Shown here: positions 9,113 through 18,919 of the stretch, in pieces
Position numbering within the stretch: position 1 is the stretch's first letter
Layout of the letters: the number at the start of each line of letters is the position of its first letter
Assembly (NCBI GenBank): GCA_041650595.1
Contig: JBAZKW010000011.1
Location: 116-64,115 of the forward strand
Origin: Candidatus Margulisiibacteriota bacterium
GTDB lineage: Bacteria; Margulisbacteria; WOR-1; JAKLHX01
Length of the DNA stretch: 64,000 nt
Direction of reading: 5' to 3'
Notes under the pieces: generated by a model
Seen by the model: only the letters and a program-made list of their open reading frames with translations
The model's database searches: none
Told to the model about the DNA's origin: nothing
Program-made: the position numbers and the translations under genes

Positions 9113-10999
9113 TTATCCTTTAGGCAGAGTAAAACTGAACTTGGATCCCTTTCCATGTCCTTCACTTTGTGCCGTGATGTGTCCTCCGTGTGCTTCTACT
9201 ATTTCTTTTGCGATGCTGAGTCCCAGTCCGACCCCGGTCTGATATTTTGTCAGAGGATCATGCGCCTGATAGAATTTGTCAAAGATCTTTTCAATCTGAG
9301 ATCCCTCTATGCCGATCCCGTTGTCTTCGACCGATATGCTTATTTCCGGTCCTTTGTCCGCAGCTGTAACAATTATCTCCCCCGCGGGTCCGCAGTATTT
9401 TATGGAATTTTCCACCAGATTGAGCAGTGCCCTGTAAAGCTTGTTGTAATCACCCCGGACGGTCACTTCCGACAGAGATCCCTGGATCAGCTTGTTCAAA
9501 GATATGCTCTTATCATCTGCCTGCGGCCTGATGTTGAAAAGGACTTCGTCTATAAGTTTGCCGGGATCTATAGGCGACAATTCCAGGTCCGGGGCTTTTT
9601 CCTGAGTGTTTACGGCATCGAAAAGTTCGGAAATAAGAAGTGCCAGCCTTTCGGAGTTGTTTTTTGCGATCGTGAGGAATTTTTCCTGGTTGGGGGTCAC
9701 CTCGCCCACGATCCGCTTGAGGATTATTTTTATCGACTCTTTTATAGATGTGAGCGGGGTCTTGAGCTCGTGGGACATTTTGGAAAGAAAGTCGTTTTTT
9801 ACCTCTTCCAGTTTTTTGAGCCGGATCGCGGTCTCTCTTTCTATTCCGTACATTCTTGCGTTATGCATGGCCGTGGCCGCCTGGTCCGCAAAAGTCGTGA
9901 GCAAGCGCCTGCTTTCTTCGTTTATTGGTTTTTTTGAAATAAGGTTGTCTACCGCGATCATGCCGATGATGGCACCTCTGGCTTTCATCGGAACAACCAT
10001 GTTTTGCCCGACTCCCGGTACCATGTATTTTTTCTGACTGGGAGGAAGCGCACCGTCCGCATCTTCAGTAAAGAAATAATCAAGCTTGCCTTTGGCGATC
10101 CTGGCAAAATTGTTATCGTTTTCGTCCATGGAATATATCTGATTCTCTATGTTCTCCTGTTTTCCCCACTTGTCTATCCCGAGCCGTCCCTTTATTATGT
10201 TGTGCTGCTCATCTATTTCAAAGATCCCCACCCTGTCAAAACCCAATCCTTCCTGAACGCCTTTTATTATGTATGAGAGTATTTTTTCCAGCTCGATGTC
10301 GGAGGATATCAGTTTATGAGTATTATAGAGTATTTCCAGCTGGGCATATTTTCTTTTGAGCTCCGAAGATCCGTCGTTCATTTTGCTCTGAAGCTCCTCG
10401 TTAAGCCGGTTCACTCTCTCATAGAGAGAAGCGTTCTCCATGGCCGTTCTTTCGGTCATTTCACGCAGATCTCTTTCCAGGGAAGACAGAAAATTGACCG
10501 CAAAAGTTGCTGCTCCAAGCATGAATATTCTGCCTAAGAACGTATATATGTAGAAAGGAGTCCCGGCGGTAGAAACGGTGGCAGCCAAAAAAAGTATCCC
10601 TACATATGATAAAAGAGCAAATTCACTTTTAAGGTCTATTATCATTGATGAGGAGATTACCAGCAGAAAATACAGCGGCCACAGCTCGGAGTTTATTCCT
10701 CCGGAAAAGAATACGGCGCAGGTGATAAGGGCCGAATCCGTCAAAAAAGTCACAACGCTCAGAGATGTCTTGTAGCGCAGTTTTGCCGCAAAAGTAATAA
10801 CTGCATTGTAGGCAATGCCGCCTGCCAAGAGAATCGCTCCCGCAAAGAAAGACAGCCCGAAGCTCTTGGGAAGAAAGAAAAGGATAGAAAGCCAGATCAA
10901 GACTGCCCATCTTATTTTCCATAAGAAATTTTCCCTGACATAGAGGCGCTCTATGGCAGTTTCTTTTGGCAGCAGGCAGATGTGTTCTTTGTAGTCCAT
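9113..10999 (-). CDS. Membrane sensor histidine kinase with GAF-like domain
   Basis: About 5 N-terminal TM segments, H-box SHELKTPLT, N-box LVENSIKY, G1 DNGIGI, G2 GVGLGLSI. Confidence 0.85.
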   Translation of the reverse strand: MDYKEHICLLPKETAIERLYVRENFLWKIRWAVLIWLSILFFLPKSFGLSFFAGAILLAGGIAYNAVITFAAKLRYKTSLSVVTFLTDSALITCAVFFSGGINSELWPLYFLLVISSSMIIDLKSEFALLSYVGILFLAATVSTAGTPFYIYTFLGRIFMLGAATFAVNFLSSLERDLREMTERTAMENASLYERVNRLNEELQSKMNDGSSELKRKYAQLEILYNTHKLISSDIELEKILSYIIKGVQEGLGFDRVGIFEIDEQHNIIKGRLGIDKWGKQENIENQIYSMDENDNNFARIAKGKLDYFFTEDADGALPPSQKKYMVPGVGQNMVVPMKARGAIIGMIAVDNLISKKPINEESRRLLTTFADQAATAMHNARMYGIERETAIRLKKLEEVKNDFLSKMSHELKTPLTSIKESIKIILKRIVGEVTPNQEKFLTIAKNNSERLALLISELFDAVNTQEKAPDLELSPIDPGKLIDEVLFNIRPQADDKSISLNKLIQGSLSEVTVRGDYNKLYRALLNLVENSIKYCGPAGEIIVTAADKGPEISISVEDNGIGIEGSQIEKIFDKFYQAHDPLTKYQTGVGLGLSIAKEIVEAHGGHITAQSEGHGKGSKFSFTLPKG

Positions 11000-11030
11000 T
11001 ATGACGATAAGATTATAACATAACCTTATT

Positions 11031-13850
11031 TTATGTTTTTAAATGTTCGAACACAAAAGACAGAAGCTCGTCCCTTTTTATCGGTTTTGTCAGATGACCG
11101 TCGCAGCCGGCTTCAATAGTTTTTTGTATCTCTTCCGGCATACAAAAAGCGGATACTGCAATTATTGGTGTGTGTGCCCGATTTGACAGTTTTTCAATTT
11201 CTCTTATTTTCTTCGTGGCTTCATAGCCGTTAAGGACAGGGATCTTCAGGTCCATAAAAATAATGTCGTAAACGCCCTTCTCATACATGTTCACGGCTTT
11301 TCCGCCGTCCTCGGCAACATCTACGGTAATTTCGGGAAGATCAGAGAAATATTCTTTGAACAAGAACCGCAAGGTCTCAGAATCCTCGACAAAAAGTATT
11401 TTTGCGTTCTTTACGGGAGATATGGCAAATTGTCTTTGGGATGACGGATCTTCGAGCTCAGGCGTGGAAGCAGGATCTTTTAGTTTGACAGTAAAATAAA
11501 AAGTACTCCCGATATCGGGGGTGCTTTCCAGCCAAATACTGCCTCCCATGAGCTCGACAAGCTGTTTTGAAATGGTAAGCCCAAGCCCTGTACCGCTGTG
11601 CTTATGGGTTATGCTTACTTGCATTTGTGAAAACTTTTCAAAGATCCTTTCGGTCTGGTCCGGGTTGATCCCTATTCCCGTATCCTTCACGGAAAAAAGC
11701 AGCGTATTCCTGTTACCCTGGAAATAACCGGCTTTGACTATTACACTGCCTTTGTCGGTGAACTTTATAGCGTTACCTATAAGATTGACCAAAACTTCCT
11801 GAAGCCGAAGGGGGTCAGTCGAGATATCTTCATCCACATTACTATCTATCATAAAGGCCAGGTCAAGTCCTTTTTCCTTTGCGGAGTATTCGAGCATTTT
11901 TATTGTCCTGTACAGCAGACCGCGTATAGAAAAACGCCTGTTCTCAAGCATAAAGCGGCCGGATTCTATCTTGGCCAGATCCAGGATGCTGTTTACCATG
12001 CTGAGAAGGTTCTCTCCGGCGTATCGGACGGCCTGAATGCATCTTTTTTGCTTGTCGTCCATCCTTGACCCCGACAGCAGGTCTGCCGCGGCTATTATGG
12101 CGCTTAAGGGCGTCCTTATACCGTGGCTCATATTAGCTATAAAATTGGTCTTTGCCACGCTGGCGTTTATGGCAATGTCTTTTTCTTTTTCAAGGTTTTC
12201 GTTCAACTGCAGTATTTTTTCTTCGGCAAGTTTTTTTTCGGTGATGTCCGTCAGGACTATAAGAGTAGCCGGTTCTTTGTCATATTTTATAGAAACACCT
12301 TTTACAATTACGGGAATGCGTCTCCCGTCTTTTGAGACAACTTTTATTTCATATTCCCCTATGCTGGTACCTTTTTCCCGCTTTAAAATGTTTTCATAGA
12401 CCAGGCCCTTGTAATTTTCATCCACAAAATCCGCGATATCCATTCCTATTATATCTTTTTCTGAAAATCCGTATTTTTCAAGGAGAGCATAGTTGGCAAA
12501 AGTTATCTTGCCGTTCTTGTAGATGACTATCGCGTCGGGAAGGCTGGAAATAACTGTCCTGTACCTTTCTTCGCTTTCTTTAAGGGCATCTTCGGCAATT
12601 TTTCTGTCGGTGATATCTCTGGATATCCCCAGAACATTGGCAACACTGCCGCTTTTTTCATCTTTAAGAGGTATTAACCATGTACCCAGCCAAAGCTCTT
12701 TGTATGGGAACCTAGTCGGCTGACTTATATATAACGATTCCCCGGATTCAAAGACTTTTTTTATGTTGCTCAATTGCCTTGCCGCTATTTCTTCCGGAAA
12801 GAGATTTTGGAGATTTGCGCCCAAAAGCTCTTTTACGCTTTTCCCGAATTGTCTTGCGCCAAATTCATTCACGTAACTTATGTAGCCGTTTGAATCAATG
12901 GTATATATGAAATCATGAGAGCTTTCGGCAAGGTCTTTATATTTTTTTTCGCTTTGCATTATGGCCTGTTCAAAAGCTTTTCTCTGGGTAATATCCCTTA
13001 TCGTAGTGAATACGAACTCTTCTTTGCCAAGCTTTATCAGTTTTATGTACACCTCAACCGGTATCCTCTCACCGTTTTTCTTTATGTTAGAGGCTTCTCC
13101 GCGGTATTCCCCTTTGCTGGACAGAGACGAGACGATCTTCGGAAAGGTTTGCGATATCTCTTCGGGCACCAGATCGGATGTTTTCATTTTTTGAAATTCT
13201 TCCTTTGAATACCCCAGCAGTTTTTCCGCGGCCAAGTTGCAATCGAGTATCTTGCCGTCAAGTGTTTCCAGGAAAATAGCGTCAAAAACACTGTCCAAAA
13301 GCACTTGTTGTTTGATCCTGTCCTGACGGATCTTTTCAGCGGCCTTTTTTCTGTCGGTAATATCCGCGGAAAATGCTACAAGCCCGATGACCGCTCCTCT
13401 TTTATCTTTTACGGGAAATTTATCTGTCTGTAACCATTTTTCACCGTATATGGTTTCCAGCTTTTCTATGATGTTCCTTTTGGGAAGCCCGGTCGATATG
13501 ACATTCATATCGTCATGCCAGTATTTTTCCCCGTATTTAGGGAAAAGCTCAAAACATGATCTGCCTTCGACCTGGCTTTTTGTCCTTCCGATAAGGTCTG
13601 TGAACACCTTGTTGACACGGATGATCCTGTTTTCCCTGTCCTTGTAAAAGATCATAATGGGAGAAGATTCCATAATGGTGACTATTTCCTGGTTCTGCTT
13701 GAACATCTCTTCCGCGTTCTTTATCTCGGACATACACAGCTGGTAAGAAAGCTTTTTGAGTATTTTGTATAGGATGACGACAGCCGAAAAGCTCAGTGTG
13801 CACAAGAAGAACAGAAAAGCAAAAAGATGCGGATGCCACCAACGCTCCAT
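11031..13850 (-). CDS. Hybrid sensor histidine kinase (multi-PAS, HisKA, HATPase, receiver)
   Basis: Repeated PAS-like blocks ending in ...DITxRK, H-box SHGIRTPLS, NLIGNAIKFT, DTGIGI, GTGLGLTIS, C-terminal REC (DIIFMDLKIP...LTKPI). Confidence 0.85.
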   Translation of the reverse strand: MERWWHPHLFAFLFFLCTLSFSAVVILYKILKKLSYQLCMSEIKNAEEMFKQNQEIVTIMESSPIMIFYKDRENRIIRVNKVFTDLIGRTKSQVEGRSCFELFPKYGEKYWHDDMNVISTGLPKRNIIEKLETIYGEKWLQTDKFPVKDKRGAVIGLVAFSADITDRKKAAEKIRQDRIKQQVLLDSVFDAIFLETLDGKILDCNLAAEKLLGYSKEEFQKMKTSDLVPEEISQTFPKIVSSLSSKGEYRGEASNIKKNGERIPVEVYIKLIKLGKEEFVFTTIRDITQRKAFEQAIMQSEKKYKDLAESSHDFIYTIDSNGYISYVNEFGARQFGKSVKELLGANLQNLFPEEIAARQLSNIKKVFESGESLYISQPTRFPYKELWLGTWLIPLKDEKSGSVANVLGISRDITDRKIAEDALKESEERYRTVISSLPDAIVIYKNGKITFANYALLEKYGFSEKDIIGMDIADFVDENYKGLVYENILKREKGTSIGEYEIKVVSKDGRRIPVIVKGVSIKYDKEPATLIVLTDITEKKLAEEKILQLNENLEKEKDIAINASVAKTNFIANMSHGIRTPLSAIIAAADLLSGSRMDDKQKRCIQAVRYAGENLLSMVNSILDLAKIESGRFMLENRRFSIRGLLYRTIKMLEYSAKEKGLDLAFMIDSNVDEDISTDPLRLQEVLVNLIGNAIKFTDKGSVIVKAGYFQGNRNTLLFSVKDTGIGINPDQTERIFEKFSQMQVSITHKHSGTGLGLTISKQLVELMGGSIWLESTPDIGSTFYFTVKLKDPASTPELEDPSSQRQFAISPVKNAKILFVEDSETLRFLFKEYFSDLPEITVDVAEDGGKAVNMYEKGVYDIIFMDLKIPVLNGYEATKKIREIEKLSNRAHTPIIAVSAFCMPEEIQKTIEAGCDGHLTKPIKRDELLSFVFEHLKT

Positions 13851-13935
13851 TTTAGCTCCTTTTTATCTAGATAAGTTTAGAATAAAACCTCCAAAAAGAC
13901 AAGGAGTACTTTCGGATGGTAGAATATAGGCAAAT

Positions 13936-14904
13936 ATGAAGTCTATCGAAGTAAAAAACTTATCAAAACATTTCAAAAGTACAAAAGCTGTAGATGACAT
14001 CTCTTTTTATGTAAACAAGGGCGAATGCTTTGGTCTGCTTGGCCCGAACGGCGCCGGCAAAACGACCACGGTCAATATACTGTCAACTCTTTTAAAACCT
14101 ACTTTGGGCAATGCAACAGTAGCCGGATATGATGTCCTGAAAAACAAAAATGAAGTAAGGAACAGCATCGGTATGGTCTTTCAGGAGCCGGCGCTTGATT
14201 CAAAACTGACAGGCAAAGAAAACCTTGAATTCCATGCGATGATGTACGGCATACCGCCAAAGACATACAAAAAAAGGATAGATGCTCTCCTTGACCTCGT
14301 CGAATTAAAGGAAAAACAAAATACCCTGGTACAGAACTATTCCGGCGGAATGAAGCGGAGGCTGGAGATCGCCCGCGGCCTGATCCAAAAGCCAAAGGTC
14401 CTTTTTCTGGACGAGCCCACTCTCGGACTTGATTCCCAGACAAGGCGGCGTATCTGGGATTATATAAAGGGCCTTTTGTCCGAAAAAGATATTTCCATTA
14501 TTTTGACCACTCATTATATGGACGAGGCTGATTATTTGTGCGACAGGATCGCGATAATCGACAACGGCAAGATAATAGCGCTCGGTACTCCGCGGGAACT
14601 GAAAGACAGTCAGGGAGGAGATGTGTTGACCCTGGAGGTTGAGAATGAAACAAGAGAGTTTATCGCTTCGCTATCTGGAATAAACGGAATAAGGTCGATC
14701 AAAGAATATCAGGAATGCCCGAGATGCCTTAGCATTACTCTGGAAAAAGCCGAAACAAAGATACCTGAGGTCTTAAAGCTTGCACAGGATTTTTCCGTAA
14801 AAGTCGCCTCGGTCAGCGTGCACAAAATAAGCCTGGAAGACGTATTTCTGAATTATACCGGAAGGACGATCAAGAACACGGAAGAGAGAGAGAAGGTCTG
14901 GTGA
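13936..14904 (+). CDS. ABC transporter ATP-binding protein (ABC-2/DrrA-type)
   Basis: Walker A GPNGAGKTT, signature YSGGMKRRLE, Walker B VLFLDEPT. Confidence 0.9.
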   Translation: MKSIEVKNLSKHFKSTKAVDDISFYVNKGECFGLLGPNGAGKTTTVNILSTLLKPTLGNATVAGYDVLKNKNEVRNSIGMVFQEPALDSKLTGKENLEFHAMMYGIPPKTYKKRIDALLDLVELKEKQNTLVQNYSGGMKRRLEIARGLIQKPKVLFLDEPTLGLDSQTRRRIWDYIKGLLSEKDISIILTTHYMDEADYLCDRIAIIDNGKIIALGTPRELKDSQGGDVLTLEVENETREFIASLSGINGIRSIKEYQECPRCLSITLEKAETKIPEVLKLAQDFSVKVASVSVHKISLEDVFLNYTGRTIKNTEEREKVW

Positions 14905-14908
14905 ATCA

Positions 14909-14986
14909 GTCATTGCGAGGAGGAGCAAAGCGACGACGAAGCAATCCCACTATACAATGGGATTGCTTCGCTACGCTCGCAATGAC
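14909..14986. repeat. Nested palindromic REP-like element (family A: GTCATTGCGAG ... GAAGCAATCCCA / TGGGATTGCTTC ... CTCGCAATGAC)
   Basis: Outer 11-nt and inner 12-nt arms are perfect reverse complements. It lies between the ABC ATPase and permease genes. Further copies at 34473 and 42208. Confidence 0.75.
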
Positions 14987-14997
14987 AAGGAGATAAT

Positions 14998-15783
14998 GTG
15001 ATAGAACTAAGAGCGATCTACATATTATGGCTAAGGGAGATGAAAAAGCTCTCGAGAGCAAAAGAACGAATATTCGGATCGCTCGCTATGCCCATAATGT
15101 TCCTCGCCTTTCTAGGTCTCGGGTTCAAAAATACATCCCTTCCGGGACTTGAACACAAGATCAGCTATGTAAGTTTTCTCGTACCCGGCGTCATAGGGCT
15201 CAATATGCTTTTTGGATCGATGTTTTCCGGAATATCCGTCCTATGGGACAGGGAATTCGGCTTTTTGAAAGAAATAATGGTAGCTCCGGTAAGCAGGACT
15301 TCGATAGCTCTCGGGCGTGTTGCTGGCGGGATGACAATGGTGATAATCCAGGGGACCCTTTTGTTCCTGCTTTCATTTATCTTTCATTTTTCAATGGGGC
15401 CTCATTTTTCGATCCTGCGGGAATTATTCGGCATAGCAATGATGTATGTCTTTATGGTCCTCATGTCAATCACTTTTGTATCGCTGGGCCTTGCTTTTGC
15501 TTCCAACATGCGCGATGCCCAGGGATTTGACCTGATTATAAACTTTGTGATGTTCCCTCTTTTCTTTGTTTCGGGAGCTCTTGCGCCTATATCAAACCTG
15601 CCGGGCTGGCTCAGGTTCTTTTGTTATTTAAATCCACTGACTTACGGAGTGGACGGGATCAGATCGGCCCTGACACAGTATTCTGCAATAGGCCTGCCAA
15701 TAGACCTGATAGTATCGGTCCTTGTCGCGTTCGGGATGTTGTCGCTTGCTTCCTATTTTTTTGAGAGAAGCGATAGCGTGTAA
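14998..15783 (+). CDS. ABC-2 type transporter permease
   Basis: 261 aa, 6 hydrophobic segments. GTG start 5 nt after AAGGAG. Follows the ABC ATPase. Confidence 0.8.
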   Translation: MIELRAIYILWLREMKKLSRAKERIFGSLAMPIMFLAFLGLGFKNTSLPGLEHKISYVSFLVPGVIGLNMLFGSMFSGISVLWDREFGFLKEIMVAPVSRTSIALGRVAGGMTMVIIQGTLLFLLSFIFHFSMGPHFSILRELFGIAMMYVFMVLMSITFVSLGLAFASNMRDAQGFDLIINFVMFPLFFVSGALAPISNLPGWLRFFCYLNPLTYGVDGIRSALTQYSAIGLPIDLIVSVLVAFGMLSLASYFFERSDSV

Positions 15784-15809
15784 AGAAAATCTGCTGATTC
15801 TGCCAAATC

Positions 15810-16778
15810 TTGTGCTACACTTTCTATAGTTTATTTCTCCTTGCAAGGACAAAAAGCAAATTGGCAAAAATAGGAATACCAAGGTCTTTGGGGGCCAGCC
15901 GCTTTTACGGGTTCTGGGCCGAATTTTTTAAAACCCTCGGTCACGATGTATTGATAGCGCCTGAAACCGACAGAAAGATCATTGCTAATGCTAGTGAAAT
16001 ATGCGAACCGGAACTTTGCCTGCCAGCAAAGATATATATAGCGCAGTGCCGGTATCTTGCCAAAAACGGGGCCGATGCGATCTTTTCTCCTTGTTACGAA
16101 AGCTCCGATCCATGGATAATGCCTTGCCCGAAAGTGATAGCAATAAATGATCTTGTTAGATCTGCCGTAAATAATATTCCGCAGATATTGCAGCCTTCTG
16201 TTGAAATGGACATAGACGAAGAAATGTTCTCATTCGTTTCCCTTCTCAAGGATAGACAATACGGCAGGCAGGTCGCTGCCGATTCCCAATCATACCGGAA
16301 GGCTTACGACAAAGCACTGCTAAGCATGAAGACCCCTCCCTTTGAAGATCAACGCGAAAAGAAATTTATTGCCCTGCTCGGCCATTCATATGTACTTAAC
16401 GACCCTTTTCTTACAAAAAATATTCTAAATATAATAAAAAGGTATGATCTTGGTAATATGATACCTGACAGCCTTTCATGGAAAGATTGTAAACCGCACT
16501 ATAAGAACGCCGGATTGCTTCAGCCTCTGCATTGGCAACTGGGCAGAAAAATAATAGGGTTCTCTAAATATGTTTCCTTAAAAGATAATATAGCCGGTGC
16601 GATATATGTTTCCGCATTCGGGTGCGCCCTGGACGAGGTATTGTCCGAGGCCGCGCACTCAATAATGAAAGAAAAGAACATCCCCTTCTCTTTCATCATG
16701 ATGGACGAGCATACTCAACCGGCAAATATAAATGTGAGAGTGGAGGCATTTCTCGAGATATGCAAAAAGATACGCTGA
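15810..16778 (+). CDS. Acyl-CoA dehydratase-activase-associated protein (DUF2229-like, part 1)
   Basis: KIGIPRSL...FWAEFFKTLGHDV...CEPELCLPAKIY resembles the uncharacterised domain fused to BcrAD/BadFG ATPases in 'CoA-substrate-specific enzyme activase' proteins. The true start may be TTG at 15861. Confidence 0.55.
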   Translation: MCYTFYSLFLLARTKSKLAKIGIPRSLGASRFYGFWAEFFKTLGHDVLIAPETDRKIIANASEICEPELCLPAKIYIAQCRYLAKNGADAIFSPCYESSDPWIMPCPKVIAINDLVRSAVNNIPQILQPSVEMDIDEEMFSFVSLLKDRQYGRQVAADSQSYRKAYDKALLSMKTPPFEDQREKKFIALLGHSYVLNDPFLTKNILNIIKRYDLGNMIPDSLSWKDCKPHYKNAGLLQPLHWQLGRKIIGFSKYVSLKDNIAGAIYVSAFGCALDEVLSEAAHSIMKEKNIPFSFIMMDEHTQPANINVRVEAFLEICKKIR

Positions 16779-17899
16779 TATTTTCCTCGCCCAATATGGG
16801 AAATTACAACAAGATACTGTTCATGACCCTGATGGAGGGGCTCGGACTCAAATATATACTTCCGCCCTCTATGACAAGCGATACGGTGATCCTGGGAACA
16901 AAATACTGCCATGAACTGGCCTGCCAGCCTTTGAGGACCAGCCTGGGAGACCAGATAAAGGCCGTCCGCCAGGGCGCAAACGCCATTATGATGTCGGCAG
17001 GCAAAGATGCATGCCGATACCAATATTATTGGTCGACACAGAAAAAGACGCTCCGTGAGATATTCGGCAAAGATATATATTTTTTTGTTATAAAACATTG
17101 GGATGTTGCCAGGTCCGTAAAGGATTTTGTCAGGGAAATGGAATTGCCTGTCAGCGAAACCGATGTCAATATCCTTTTGGCGAGGATAAATCTAAAGATA
17201 GATATATACGATGCGATGTCTATTATTTATCAAACCATCCGGATCTTTAACCAAAAAGAAAGCAAAAAACTCTTCGATGAATATTTGTTAAAGCTGCAAA
17301 ATACTAACGGCCTGAGCGACTTGAATAAGCTTTTTACGCAGATCACGGAAAGATTTATGGCGCTGCCAAAGGAAGATCTGTCAGTACCTAAGCTCAAGAT
17401 CATGCTGATAGGCTCTGTATATGAACTGCTGGAACCGATCGCGAATAATTTTATCGAGGACATGCTCGCATCTATGAATGCAGCTGCAATACCGATGCTG
17501 AATTATCATGCTTTGGCGCCATTCATGTTTTTAGATAATCCTGCGGGCGAATTTTGCCGCGGATTTAGGCCTTCAAATTCAGAAATAAACAATTCCCTCA
17601 ATTCGCTGATGAGCTCTCCGTCAATTCTTCGCAACTTTGGTTTCGGCGGCTTTGGAGCATATAATGTCGGATGCGCGGCCAACGCGAAACAACTTGGATA
17701 TCACGGAGTGATACATATATATCCTTTCTTTTGCATGCCGGAAATCATAGCCAAGCCTTTTATGAGAGATATTTGCAGTAATCAGGGAATTCCATTGTTA
17801 TCCATAGGTACCGAGGAAAGCAATGCAAATATTGGTTTTAGAACAAAGATCGAAGCTTTTATCGACCTTATAAAATGGCAAAAAGAAAGGAAACCATAA
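16760..17899 (+). CDS. Acyl-CoA dehydratase-activase-associated protein (HgdB/DUF2229-like, part 2)
   Basis: The track ORF starts at 16622, inside the previous gene. The in-frame ATG at 16760 (MQKDTLIFSSPNMGNY) gives a 19-nt overlap. Cys-containing blocks YCHELACQPL and GKDACRYQYY. Confidence 0.5.
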   Translation: MQKDTLIFSSPNMGNYNKILFMTLMEGLGLKYILPPSMTSDTVILGTKYCHELACQPLRTSLGDQIKAVRQGANAIMMSAGKDACRYQYYWSTQKKTLREIFGKDIYFFVIKHWDVARSVKDFVREMELPVSETDVNILLARINLKIDIYDAMSIIYQTIRIFNQKESKKLFDEYLLKLQNTNGLSDLNKLFTQITERFMALPKEDLSVPKLKIMLIGSVYELLEPIANNFIEDMLASMNAAAIPMLNYHALAPFMFLDNPAGEFCRGFRPSNSEINNSLNSLMSSPSILRNFGFGGFGAYNVGCAANAKQLGYHGVIHIYPFFCMPEIIAKPFMRDICSNQGIPLLSIGTEESNANIGFRTKIEAFIDLIKWQKERKP

Positions 17900-17900
17900 A

Positions 17901-18860
17901 ATGGAGTGTTATTTTGGAATAGATGTCGGTTCTGTCAGCACGAATTTTGTGCTGATAGGCCCCGAAGGAAAGGTAATCAAAAAGCTGTATCTCAGGACCC
18001 ATGCAGATCCTATCAAGGCAATCAAGACCGGATTCCTGGATTTTAACGGGGAAACCCTTGACGGTTGTGACATAAAGGGCGTAGGTGCCACGGGCAGCGG
18101 GAGACAGCTGGCGGCAATAATGGTAGGCGCCGATCTGATCAAGAACGAGATCACAGCCCATGCGGTAGCAGCTATACACTCTTGTCCGCAGGTCCGCACC
18201 GTGTTGGAGATCGGCGGCCAGGATTCCAAGATAATACTTATACAAAACGGTGTCGCTGTTGATTTCGGCATGAATACTATCTGTGCCGCCGGGACCGGAT
18301 CTTTCCTGGAACAGCAAAGCAACAGGATAAATATATCTATCGAAGATTTTGGCGATTATGCTTTAAGAAGCCTGAGTCCTTCCGCTATTGCGGGACGCTG
18401 CACTGTTTTTGCCGAGACAGATATGATCCACAAGCAACAGCAGGGACACGCTGTTGAAGATATTATCGCGGGACTTTGCCATTCACTGGTGCGCAATTAC
18501 CTTAATACCGTAGCAAAAGGGAAAAAGATAGAAGAACCGATCCTTTTCCAGGGCGGGGTCGCGGCTAATAAAGGGATCGTTGATGCTTTCAAAAAGATCC
18601 TTGGCAAAGAGATAATCGTTCCTGAATATTTTGATTCTATGGGCGCGCTTGGAGCGGCACTTTTGGCCAAAGACAAGATGCATAAGTCTTCTTCGGCATC
18701 CAAATTCAAGGGGCCGGAAAAGATAATAAACTCCGAATTCAAGGTTGTAAGCGATATATGCAAAGATTGCGGAGAATCGTGTGAAATAGAAAGATATACG
18801 GAAAACGGAATTGAAGTCGCCGTCAGAGGCGGCCGCTGCGGCAAATGGGACAATCAATAA
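17901..18860 (+). CDS. BadF/BadG/BcrA/BcrD-type ATPase (2-hydroxyacyl-CoA dehydratase activator family)
   Basis: ASKHA motifs GIDVGSVSTN, EIGGQDSK, CAAGTGSF. Carries an extra C-terminal Cys cluster CKDCGESCE...RCGKW. Confidence 0.85.
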   Translation: MECYFGIDVGSVSTNFVLIGPEGKVIKKLYLRTHADPIKAIKTGFLDFNGETLDGCDIKGVGATGSGRQLAAIMVGADLIKNEITAHAVAAIHSCPQVRTVLEIGGQDSKIILIQNGVAVDFGMNTICAAGTGSFLEQQSNRINISIEDFGDYALRSLSPSAIAGRCTVFAETDMIHKQQQGHAVEDIIAGLCHSLVRNYLNTVAKGKKIEEPILFQGGVAANKGIVDAFKKILGKEIIVPEYFDSMGALGAALLAKDKMHKSSSASKFKGPEKIINSEFKVVSDICKDCGESCEIERYTENGIEVAVRGGRCGKWDNQ

Positions 18861-18863
18861 GGC

Positions 18864-18904
18864 AAAAAAAGACCGCGGAGGCTATCCGCGGTCCTGGTTT
18901 TTTT
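18864..18904. terminator. Bidirectional rho-independent terminator
   Basis: A-run, then hairpin GACCGCGGaggctaTCCGCGGTC, then T-run. Lies between convergent genes. Confidence 0.75.
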
Positions 18905-18919
18905 AGCAGCTAAAGATCG

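Noticed and set aside
11004-11009. CGATAA between the two histidine kinase genes
   Set aside because: It lies on the plus strand, facing into the antisense of a kinase gene. No TGAAAT-like hexamer lies 16 nt upstream. It is consistent with a chance occurrence of the hexamer.
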